Shown: one piece after another, positions 17,505-25,947 of the stretch | How the letters are laid out: every line of letters starts with the position of its first letter | Numbering within the stretch: the stretch's first letter is position 1 | NCBI GenBank assembly: GCA_964526645.1 | Contig: CAZGJN010000013.1 | Span: 2,631-66,630 of the forward strand | Direction: 5' to 3' | DNA length: 64,000 nucleotides | From: an uncultured Saprospiraceae bacterium | GTDB taxonomy: Bacteria > Bacteroidota > Bacteroidia > Chitinophagales > Saprospiraceae | Program-made: the position numbers and the translations under genes | The notes under the pieces: model-generated | Databases searched by the model: none | Told to the model about the DNA's origin: nothing | What the model saw: only the letters and a program-made list of their open reading frames with translations

Positions 17505-18406
17505 CTGTTTTGGAATTTTAATTTTTCATCTTTATCCCAAATCCCCCAGTAAGCACCAACCGTCCCTTCTGCACCTACTTTCCAGGATTCATCAAATGAA
17601 GAAAAATAGAATACTTCCACATCCTCGTCAATTGCCCACATTTGGGTATTAATAAAATAGGCCAGTGCGTTTTGTTCCGAAGGTATTGCGCCTTTCAGAT
17701 TTTCACCCTGGCTTGGCCAGCCGGTTTCTGTGATAATTACTTTTTTACCGTTTCCAGCCTCTACTGCTTGGCGATACATTTTTTTCAGATAATCCAGTGA
17801 ATTTTCGAATGGACAGCCTTCCCAAAACGGATAGCAATTAGCTAGGATCAAATCGCAGGCTTCCGTGATTTTCGGGCGATGAGAAAATTCATAATAGGCA
17901 TCTACATAACCGACCGGTATCTCCGGAATAGCTTGCTTCACCCGATAGATGAAATGCAACAGTTCTTCTTCCGATAAATCGTTTCGGTACAGTACTTCAT
18001 TTCCTACCGCGGCAATGTCAACCAGCCCTTCTTTTGCTAATTCAATCAAGCCGTTTGCTTCCCGTTCGTTTACTTGGGGGTCCTTGCCGAGCCATGCGCC
18101 AACCATCGTTTTTAAACCGAATTCTTTGGCAATTTTTGGAATAAGGTCATTATCTTCCGTACAGGAAAAGGATCGAACCCCTTGCGTATGCGGTTTTAGA
18201 ATTTGCATACGTCGTCTGATTTGTTCTGCCGAAATGTTATCGCCCGGTTTCTGCCCTTCTGCATACATGCTAAAGCAAAAGCCATGTACGCCATTATTTA
18301 AGATTTCGAGAAACAAATCTTGAATTTCCTCCTGGGAGACCCCAGCGAGGTAATGCTCTGTATTGACATTGGCCAGAGACTGGTATCGTTCTGCTCTATA
18401 AGACAT
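17501..18406 (-). CDS. GH17 beta-1,3-glucanase/transglycosylase, no signal peptide
   Basis: 'AAVGNEVLYRND' and 'VIITETGWPSQG' are classical GH17 motifs. 'FYFSSFDESWK' near the C-terminus. Confidence 0.85.
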   Translation of the reverse strand: MSYRAERYQSLANVNTEHYLAGVSQEEIQDLFLEILNNGVHGFCFSMYAEGQKPGDNISAEQIRRRMQILKPHTQGVRSFSCTEDNDLIPKIAKEFGLKTMVGAWLGKDPQVNEREANGLIELAKEGLVDIAAVGNEVLYRNDLSEEELLHFIYRVKQAIPEIPVGYVDAYYEFSHRPKITEACDLILANCYPFWEGCPFENSLDYLKKMYRQAVEAGNGKKVIITETGWPSQGENLKGAIPSEQNALAYFINTQMWAIDEDVEVFYFSSFDESWKVGAEGTVGAYWGIWDKDEKLKFQNR

Positions 18407-18422
18407 CTTATTTAGAATTTAA

Positions 18423-19853
18423 TTATAATTCACCTCTCCTGCTGACGAGTTCCTCTTTGATTTCGCGGGCTTTTTCTTCTGTCAAGTCATAGTTCCACAT
18501 TACCAAAATGGCTAATGCGGCTGTAATAGCAGGGATAGAAATATCCGCAAGCCGTAGTTTGATAATCGTATCTGCAGCCTGGATAGAGGCATTTTGATCA
18601 AACCCCACTACTTTCAGTACCAGGCCGCCCAACACCAGCGCCAGCCCTTGCCCCAGCTTCACCATCCACCAATAGATGGCTCCAAAAGTTCCTTCTTTTC
18701 TCGGCATGCCGTTGTTTAGTTCGTCCAGATCACATACATCCGCTGTCATTGACATCATAAGCGTGAACAAACCGCCGATTCCAAATGCGATCAACGGCAC
18801 AGGGATAAACATTAGCAAGGGATTTTCTGGAGAAAACCCCCACCATTTTAAAATATAGCCAACGATAGAAATGGCGGTAGAAATGATAAAAGCTTTTCGT
18901 TTGCCCCATTTGTTTGACATCCAGGTGATGATTGGGATAATCAAAAACGCGGTAGCGAAGGCGCTGATCGTGGAAAACCAGGCAGGCCAATTGCCTGCAG
19001 CTTCATATTGTCCATTAAATAAATAGAATACGATAATAAAATAGCTGAAAGATGCCACCATTTGAAAGCCATTAAATACCAGGAAGGTAGCGCCACAGAG
19101 TCGCATGAATGGCTTATTTTTTGCGATAAGTATCATGTTCCGAATCAAGCCTTTCATATTCTTCAGCAAATTTTTCAAAGTAATATCATCCCTGTTTTGC
19201 AGGTTGGTTTGATCTATTTCCTTACAAAATAAGGCTGGTAAAATACCCAGAAGTAGGCAAATCATCCCCACCACTAAAGAAAGTTTTTGCACCCCCTCTG
19301 CTTGGGTCTCAAATAAGTTTGGATTGGCAATAATCACCCAAAACCAGGGAACGATCATCCAGGCGATCTGGCTAATCGTTTGGGAAAAGCCCATCAGGCG
19401 GGTGCGTTCGTTGTAATCGGAGGTCATTTCATAGCCCAGACCAATCAGAGGCGTGGAGAAGATGGTATTCCCAGTCAAATAGATGATTGAAAAAATCAAA
19501 AAATACCAAAAATTGTATTGCTGAGAGTTTTCCGGGTTGAGCTGCCACAATAAGGCAAAAAACCCCCCGCTCAATATGGCGCCAGCAAAAATATACGGTT
19601 TTCTGCGCCCCCATCTGGATTTGGTATTGTCGGAGATATAACCCATGATTGGATCGGATATGGCATCGTAAATTCTTGGTAAGCCGCCGAGTAAACCTGC
19701 CAGAAAAGGATCCATCCCAAATGCAGTGAGTAGAAAAAATGAAAATATGCCCAAGGATCCGGGCAATAAATTATTTACCAGATGGCCGGCACCGAAAGCA
19801 GCTTTCTGAATTGCCGGTACTCTGTCTTTTGCTGCTGTTTGGTAATGTGCCAT
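18423..19853 (-). CDS. MFS/GPH-family (MelB-like) glycoside:cation symporter
   Basis: 12-TM profile. 'DAISDPIMGYISDNTKSRWGRRKPYI' is the GPH signature region. Confidence 0.85.
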   Translation of the reverse strand: MAHYQTAAKDRVPAIQKAAFGAGHLVNNLLPGSLGIFSFFLLTAFGMDPFLAGLLGGLPRIYDAISDPIMGYISDNTKSRWGRRKPYIFAGAILSGGFFALLWQLNPENSQQYNFWYFLIFSIIYLTGNTIFSTPLIGLGYEMTSDYNERTRLMGFSQTISQIAWMIVPWFWVIIANPNLFETQAEGVQKLSLVVGMICLLLGILPALFCKEIDQTNLQNRDDITLKNLLKNMKGLIRNMILIAKNKPFMRLCGATFLVFNGFQMVASFSYFIIVFYLFNGQYEAAGNWPAWFSTISAFATAFLIIPIITWMSNKWGKRKAFIISTAISIVGYILKWWGFSPENPLLMFIPVPLIAFGIGGLFTLMMSMTADVCDLDELNNGMPRKEGTFGAIYWWMVKLGQGLALVLGGLVLKVVGFDQNASIQAADTIIKLRLADISIPAITAALAILVMWNYDLTEEKAREIKEELVSRRGEL

Positions 19854-19858
19854 TTTCT

Positions 19859-21358
19859 TTAATTTACTTGATTGAATACCACAGTTTGAAGCGCTTTTGC
19901 ACTAATTTTTGTATAAAAATCTTGCCCTTCCAGGTTTATTTTCAATAGTTTTTCTTGATCGCCCGGATTAAATACGATCATAGCGACAGAGCCATCTGTA
20001 TTTTTGGCGGCGGTTATCATCAAGTCTTTGTCGGGGTTTTCAAAACCGATCCGAACGGCATCGGGGCGAATGAATTTGCTGAAATGCGCCATTGTGTAAT
20101 AGAGCGGCGTGAAATAAACGGCATCATTTTCGGGGTCTACGATAACCGGCGCGACGCACCAGTTTTTGAACCAGTTGGGCCCGCCTTGTCTGTCCAACAC
20201 CATATTCCAGTCAATCCAACCATCAACATAATTGTTGAGGCAGCCAATAATATCCCGCGCATAACGGAACACCGGCACGTATTTCGGGTGCAGGTATTTT
20301 TGATTTTCGGGTGCCCAGTCCCAGCCCCAATCTGTTGCTTCTTTGCTCCAATACCAGGCATCGTCGTTCCATTTGGGCACTTCTGCATCTACACATGCTT
20401 CCGTTTGAATTAGGTGTTTGTCGGGTGCCTTTTTGTGTGCATATTGCAGGGCATCTGGAAAATAATCGTAGGTGCTTTCGTACCAATGAATGGCTGTACC
20501 GGCAAAATATTTTGCCGTGTTTTCGTCCTTAAACATTTCGTCCACCCAAGCTTTCAGTTCGGCTCGGTTTTGGTCGTAGCCTAATATTTTTACACCTGCC
20601 AAGCCTTCCTGTTCCAACTTAGGGCCCAAGTAATACTGAACAAAATCGGTCATTTCCTGAGGTGTGAAGAGCATGCTCTCCCAGTTGTCACCATTGCCAT
20701 GCGGTTCGTTTTCCACAGTAATTCCCCAGATATCAATGCCTTCTTTTTGATACGCTTTTATGTATTTTGAAAAAAACAGCGCCCAAGTTTCGCGGTATTC
20801 CGGCAATAATTTTCCACCGACCCAGTGCTTGTTGTCTTTCATCCAGGGTGGTGCTGTCCAGGGTGAGGCAATAATTTTGAACCCGGACTTGGATACCGCT
20901 TTGGCTTTTTTTATCATCGGAATTAGATCTTCTTGATCCTCTTCAACAGAAAAGTGCTCAAGGGCTTTGTCATCAGGAACCGGCGCATAGGAATATTGCC
21001 CTAACGAAAAATCGCAGGAATTGATATGTGTTCTGGTCAATGAATAATTAGCGCCTGCCTCGCTAAAGTAAGCCTCTATTATTTTGGACTGATTTTCTTT
21101 GCTGAGCCGATTGAGCAAGTAAGCCGAGCTCTCTGTGAAAGCGCCGCCAAAACCAAGGATTTTTTGATAGGTTTCTTCCGGTTTTACCACAATTTCCAAA
21201 GCAGATGACGCAGCTGCGGCGGCTTTTAGTTCTTGCAGTTTGTTTCCTCCTGCAGCCGTTTCATAAATGACTGCATGCCATATTTTTTTTGAAGAGTTAC
21301 AATGTACGACCACGATACTTAGCACGAGTATGAATAAAATTTGTTTTATACGCATCAA
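19859..21358 (-). CDS. GH30 glycosidase (beta-1,6-glucosidase/glucosylceramidase-like), secreted
   Basis: Signal peptide with Cys ('VVVHCNSS'). 'WGITVENEPHG' (acid/base) and 'HLIQTEACVD' (nucleophile) are GH30-type motifs. Confidence 0.85.
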   Translation of the reverse strand: MMRIKQILFILVLSIVVVHCNSSKKIWHAVIYETAAGGNKLQELKAAAAASSALEIVVKPEETYQKILGFGGAFTESSAYLLNRLSKENQSKIIEAYFSEAGANYSLTRTHINSCDFSLGQYSYAPVPDDKALEHFSVEEDQEDLIPMIKKAKAVSKSGFKIIASPWTAPPWMKDNKHWVGGKLLPEYRETWALFFSKYIKAYQKEGIDIWGITVENEPHGNGDNWESMLFTPQEMTDFVQYYLGPKLEQEGLAGVKILGYDQNRAELKAWVDEMFKDENTAKYFAGTAIHWYESTYDYFPDALQYAHKKAPDKHLIQTEACVDAEVPKWNDDAWYWSKEATDWGWDWAPENQKYLHPKYVPVFRYARDIIGCLNNYVDGWIDWNMVLDRQGGPNWFKNWCVAPVIVDPENDAVYFTPLYYTMAHFSKFIRPDAVRIGFENPDKDLMITAAKNTDGSVAMIVFNPGDQEKLLKINLEGQDFYTKISAKALQTVVFNQVN

Positions 21359-21563
21359 ATCTGTTTTAGCTATTGATTATTAAAAATTAATTATTTTGAA
21401 AACCAATGATTTACACCAAAAAACATATATTTTAGAATAAGTATGTTGTGAATTTAGTTGTCTAATAAAGGTTTTTGATCCTTATAAATCTGGCACATTT
21501 CTAAAATGAGCCTGATCAGATTACAAAATTTAATTCACAGTATAATAAATGTTTTATGATACA

Positions 21564-24500
21564 TTAACACAACAAATGATCCTGGTTTATAAATACATTT
21601 ACTTGCTGAATCGCGCCACTCCTACTCCATATTTTCCTGCTGACTTCCGCGTTCAAAAGCAACTGTTCAGACTGTTCAATTTGCCCGTTTTCATAAAGTA
21701 TCGAGAGCCCTTCTTGCTCGGATAGGATATAAATTACCGGCACCTGGCAATAGGTAAAAAACAAGGCGTTCGCGCCTACAACAATTTGTCTGGACGTGCC
21801 GCTTATATCGAAATAGCCGATAGTTTTGGGCGATTTTAAGAATTCATTTTTCTGTAGTAAGCTGGGTTGCAAGTGTAGTTGCCCGTTTTGTACCCGAACG
21901 CCCAATTCGCCGAGCCTGCATAAAATATCCTCCTTCACTTGTCCAGTCATACCAGGTTGTTGAGCACCTTTGCCAAGCGGCGTGTGGGAATAAGGGTCGG
22001 TAGGAAAGGCACCGTATAATTCCGGCGATTTGTGAACACCAATCCCTTCCGCGATCTCGTAGTAATGAGCCAGTAGCTTTTTAACTAATGCCTCGTCAGC
22101 TTGTTCCGTTTGGGCATTGATGATCGTTTCCAGCACAGCCAACCGCAGTTTGGACACCATGTGCCAATAGATAGAACCTAAGCCTTCGTAACCGAAGAAT
22201 GTTCCACTTCTTCCGGTGAAAGCTTTGTGGTGGAACACCGCTTCGAAGAGTCGGAGCAAGGCATCTTTGAGTGCTGGCTCTGCCCCCTGTACATCGTCCA
22301 GCGCAGCTTCCAGATCGTTTGCATTTCTGAAGTTTCCATTAAAATGATAATTCCCTAAAACATCCTTTTCAAGGATCGTGGCATAGTTGTTATTCGAAAG
22401 TTTTTCCAAAATCTCGTATTGAGCTAATAGTTCGCTGGAAATCGTATTTTTTTGCAAAAAACCAGGTAATTGTTTGTTTGGATAAAGCATGTAGCTGTGC
22501 TGGTCGCTTCGGTACATTGAGCTCGATCTTAGCGCTTCCAATAGTTTCAAACTTGCCTCCACAGAAAGACACCATGCGCTGAGTGCGGCTACTTGCCCTT
22601 CCAGCATTTCGTTCAGATGAGCAACCGCAACGAAATCATCGCCCGATGACATTAAATTGTATCCATGATACAGGTGATCCTGTCGTTGATTGGCCTTTAT
22701 CGAATGAGTGATAAATGTAAGTGAAAGCGATACAAACTGGCGCAATCCATCCAGATCAATGGCGCGCTTCGTTCCACCGAACCCCTGTTCATAGACCTGC
22801 CAACGGAAATCGCTGGCGGCATGACCCAAGCGATCTAATAGCTTTTTGCGCTCATAATCGCTGATTTTTCCATTCAGCAAGGCTTGATTTTCCAGCAGTG
22901 CATAACCTATCTGGGTGTAGCATTCCGCCAACTCGTCGGAGATGTTTACCTGCTCCAGCTTAGTTTGCATAAGCAGTTTATCAAAAAACTGCATAAACCG
23001 TCTTAAATAATACAGGGTAACCATGGACACACCGTTTCCGACCAGCGCATTGTTCGCGTCGTTCCACTCTGGCCGTTGCGTATTCATCCAGATGCCCCCT
23101 TCTGGTATAAAGTTGGAGAGCTTTGAGAGCGTAATAGCCAGTATTTTTTCCACCAGGTTTACATGCAGCACCTGTCCATTTTTATCCTGTAGCAAAGCGC
23201 CATCCGCCCCGAGTTCACTTCTTTGCACCCTGATCTTTTTATCCAATTCAAAATCAAACGCTATCGTATCTTTTGGATTTTTGAGTATATCCCGATAGGG
23301 TTTAATCTTGTAGGGCACATTTGCATACACCAAATATTCTTTATCTAAAAGGTTGGGTAGCAGTTCTGGGTAGTAGTTGGACGCGAATTCCAAAAATTTC
23401 AACAGGTAAATAACCTGGTGATCCCCCCAATATCCGATATAAGACCAGGGGTCATCGTGCTCTATGACTTCCCAGTCGAAGCCATCCTTTGTCACCCGAT
23501 ATGGATTATAACCATCGAATGTGGAAGCGTTGAGAAATTTAAAAATCATCCCCTCGATAAAGGCAGGATAAGAATGGGCAAGCGCTTCCCAGTTTTGAAA
23601 GATATCGCGCCAATTTCCCTCGTAGTCCAGTATCTTGGAACCATCCACCTCACTTCGGGTATTGATTGAGAACTTATTCCAGGGGCGAGAAGGATCGCCG
23701 TGTCTTCGGCTGAATTTTAAAGGCAGGTATTCCGTATTTAGTCGGATAAAATCGGGGTCTTCACTATCCTGCAACTGTGTTTTTAACACTTGCAAGGGGA
23801 ATTTGTCCGGCAGTAGCCGCAGCGCTTCCTTGTGATTGGCAAAAACGAGGCGATTTGCATTTTCCAGGTATTTGAGGAAATCCCACCGTTCTATTTGGTA
23901 GTTCTCATCAAAAATCCCGCCACGCATGATATTGAACAACACATTTGAAAAGTGACGGGAGTCGCGGAGTGCATCTTCACTATACTGCAATCCATCAGCG
24001 GCAGCAACCAATTTTACCAGATTTTCGGTACCCAGTTCGATGTCTTCTCTAATGCGCTTGCTCAGATCGGTATTGCTTTTTATGGTTTCAACCAGGCTTA
24101 TGATAGCACTGTGATTTTGATTCACATTTGCAACCAACATCCACTCTTTTTCAGTACCTGGCGGGAGTTCGATTGTAGCATGTACAAAGTAAGCTCCTTT
24201 CTCGCCTTTTACATCAACCTCCTGCGTGATGTTTTGACAAGCTCGGAATCTTTTTAATTGCAACGAAGACAATAAGTATTGCGGCTTTTCCAAGCCAATT
24301 GAAAATGCCACATTAGCGCGGAGGGCTTCGCTTGGCTCGGCTTTATCAACAATAATGGCGCTGAGCGCATAAATACCCAAGCCCGATTCTTGCTCCAATT
24401 CGCTGCGCTTATAGGCATCGGTCAAATTGCTGGCGCTGTTCTGAAGGTCACTATTCACACCACACGGAACGATATTCTGGATGCCGTCCAGTACAATTAT

Positions 24501-24986
24501 TTTCTGATAATCGTTGGAATGGTTGATCAGTTTGGATTTTTTTACAAAACCAAATACATCGCTGGAATTCCACTGGTACTGAAAAGTTAAACCTAAATCA
24601 TGGTTGATCTCTTCAAATAGGATTTTGTTATTGTAGGCGCTTTTATACAAATTTCTTTGTATGATAAATTTTCCTGCACCGCGAAAAGAAAACGGCTCCC
24701 AAACTACAACTTCATTTTTCTTCAACACCTGAAAGATAGATTTGCTGCCAGTATTTTCTGCCGACTCCGTAATCTTATCATCGGTGTAATAGGGGAATAA
24801 AGCATATTCAGCGTTTTTTCTACCTGCGGTTAGGCCCCCATTGCTGGAAATAAACATCCAGTGATTGGAATCACTGACGATACTCATAAAAAACGGACGC
24901 AGTTCGTCTATATCCGAAATCTTATAAAATTGTTCCCCATTGATTTTTACAAAACTCAATTTTATGTTTGCCCTTTCTTGTTTCAT
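21564..24986 (-). CDS. large cytoplasmic glycoside-phosphorylase-like protein, candidate beta-1,3-glucan phosphorylase (GH149-like)
   Basis: 1140 aa with no signal peptide. 'QRPEWNDANNALVGNG' (around nt 23046-23075) resembles the DWND catalytic-Asp motif of GH94-clan phosphorylases as I recall it. Size and laminarin-locus context fit GH149. Confidence 0.5.
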   Translation of the reverse strand: MKQERANIKLSFVKINGEQFYKISDIDELRPFFMSIVSDSNHWMFISSNGGLTAGRKNAEYALFPYYTDDKITESAENTGSKSIFQVLKKNEVVVWEPFSFRGAGKFIIQRNLYKSAYNNKILFEEINHDLGLTFQYQWNSSDVFGFVKKSKLINHSNDYQKIIVLDGIQNIVPCGVNSDLQNSASNLTDAYKRSELEQESGLGIYALSAIIVDKAEPSEALRANVAFSIGLEKPQYLLSSLQLKRFRACQNITQEVDVKGEKGAYFVHATIELPPGTEKEWMLVANVNQNHSAIISLVETIKSNTDLSKRIREDIELGTENLVKLVAAADGLQYSEDALRDSRHFSNVLFNIMRGGIFDENYQIERWDFLKYLENANRLVFANHKEALRLLPDKFPLQVLKTQLQDSEDPDFIRLNTEYLPLKFSRRHGDPSRPWNKFSINTRSEVDGSKILDYEGNWRDIFQNWEALAHSYPAFIEGMIFKFLNASTFDGYNPYRVTKDGFDWEVIEHDDPWSYIGYWGDHQVIYLLKFLEFASNYYPELLPNLLDKEYLVYANVPYKIKPYRDILKNPKDTIAFDFELDKKIRVQRSELGADGALLQDKNGQVLHVNLVEKILAITLSKLSNFIPEGGIWMNTQRPEWNDANNALVGNGVSMVTLYYLRRFMQFFDKLLMQTKLEQVNISDELAECYTQIGYALLENQALLNGKISDYERKKLLDRLGHAASDFRWQVYEQGFGGTKRAIDLDGLRQFVSLSLTFITHSIKANQRQDHLYHGYNLMSSGDDFVAVAHLNEMLEGQVAALSAWCLSVEASLKLLEALRSSSMYRSDQHSYMLYPNKQLPGFLQKNTISSELLAQYEILEKLSNNNYATILEKDVLGNYHFNGNFRNANDLEAALDDVQGAEPALKDALLRLFEAVFHHKAFTGRSGTFFGYEGLGSIYWHMVSKLRLAVLETIINAQTEQADEALVKKLLAHYYEIAEGIGVHKSPELYGAFPTDPYSHTPLGKGAQQPGMTGQVKEDILCRLGELGVRVQNGQLHLQPSLLQKNEFLKSPKTIGYFDISGTSRQIVVGANALFFTYCQVPVIYILSEQEGLSILYENGQIEQSEQLLLNAEVSRKIWSRSGAIQQVNVFINQDHLLC

Positions 24987-25053
24987 TGTTACTGGTATAA
25001 ATCATTCCCATCTTTAAGGAACATGATGCCTTGCTTTCAGCGATCAATAAAAA

Positions 25054-25905
25054 TCAGTTTACTTCCCGATAGGCGCGTACATAATCTATCGTCATCTGTT
25101 GTGGAAATGGTGTTTGTGAGGTCGGAAATCCTACATAATTTCCACCTACTGCTACGTTCAAAATGATGAAAAAAGGACGGTCAAACACCCATTCGCCAGA
25201 CAGATCAGCTGGGGTGATGCGTTGATACAATGTTTCATCAACAAAATAGTCAATATAATCTTCGCCCCACTCTATGGCAAAAAGGTGAAAATCGGTATCA
25301 AATCGCATATTCGTGTATGAAAAGCTTTGAGTAATGGCAGCTCCGCCTGAGTACCCCGGGCCATGCACAGAACCATTGATGATATTGGGTTCTTGTCCTC
25401 GCAATTCCATAATATCAATTTCCCCACATTGCGGCCAGCCCTCCGTATCAATATTGTCACCAAGCATCCAGAAAGCCGGCCATAAACCTGGACCGTAAGG
25501 CGTTTTCAGCCGGGCTTCAATTCTACCGTAAGCTTGTGTGAATAGCCCTTGGGTTTTTATACGAGCCGATGTAAACGGGGCACCGGCAAATGTTTCTTTT
25601 TTAGCCGTGATTATCAGGTTGCCTTCTCCATCCAATGCCACATTTTCGGGGCGATTCGTGTAATACTGCAATTCCTGATTTCCCCAGCCATTACTTCCGG
25701 TGCCGATGTCATAAGTCCATTTCGCTGGATCAGGTGAGACGCCGGCAGTTCCGGTGAAGTCATCGCTCCACACCAGTTGCCAGTTGCGTTGCTCAAGCAC
25801 CTGTTCTTCATCTGCTTCACAACCAGATAGACTGAGAAGTAAGCCGGCTGATAGGATGCTGATGGAAAAACGGCTATACATAGATTTTGGAATATAATAC
25901 TTCAT
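25054..25905 (-). CDS. GH16 endo-beta-1,3-glucanase (laminarinase) lipoprotein
   Basis: Lipobox 'LSLSGC'. Catalytic 'GEIDIMELRG' (ExDxxE). 'WPAFWMLG'. Confidence 0.9.
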   Translation of the reverse strand: MKYYIPKSMYSRFSISILSAGLLLSLSGCEADEEQVLEQRNWQLVWSDDFTGTAGVSPDPAKWTYDIGTGSNGWGNQELQYYTNRPENVALDGEGNLIITAKKETFAGAPFTSARIKTQGLFTQAYGRIEARLKTPYGPGLWPAFWMLGDNIDTEGWPQCGEIDIMELRGQEPNIINGSVHGPGYSGGAAITQSFSYTNMRFDTDFHLFAIEWGEDYIDYFVDETLYQRITPADLSGEWVFDRPFFIILNVAVGGNYVGFPTSQTPFPQQMTIDYVRAYREVN

Positions 25906-25947
25906 GGTATAGTTTATAAGCTTGTTAAAAAAAAGTAACTGCTTGGA

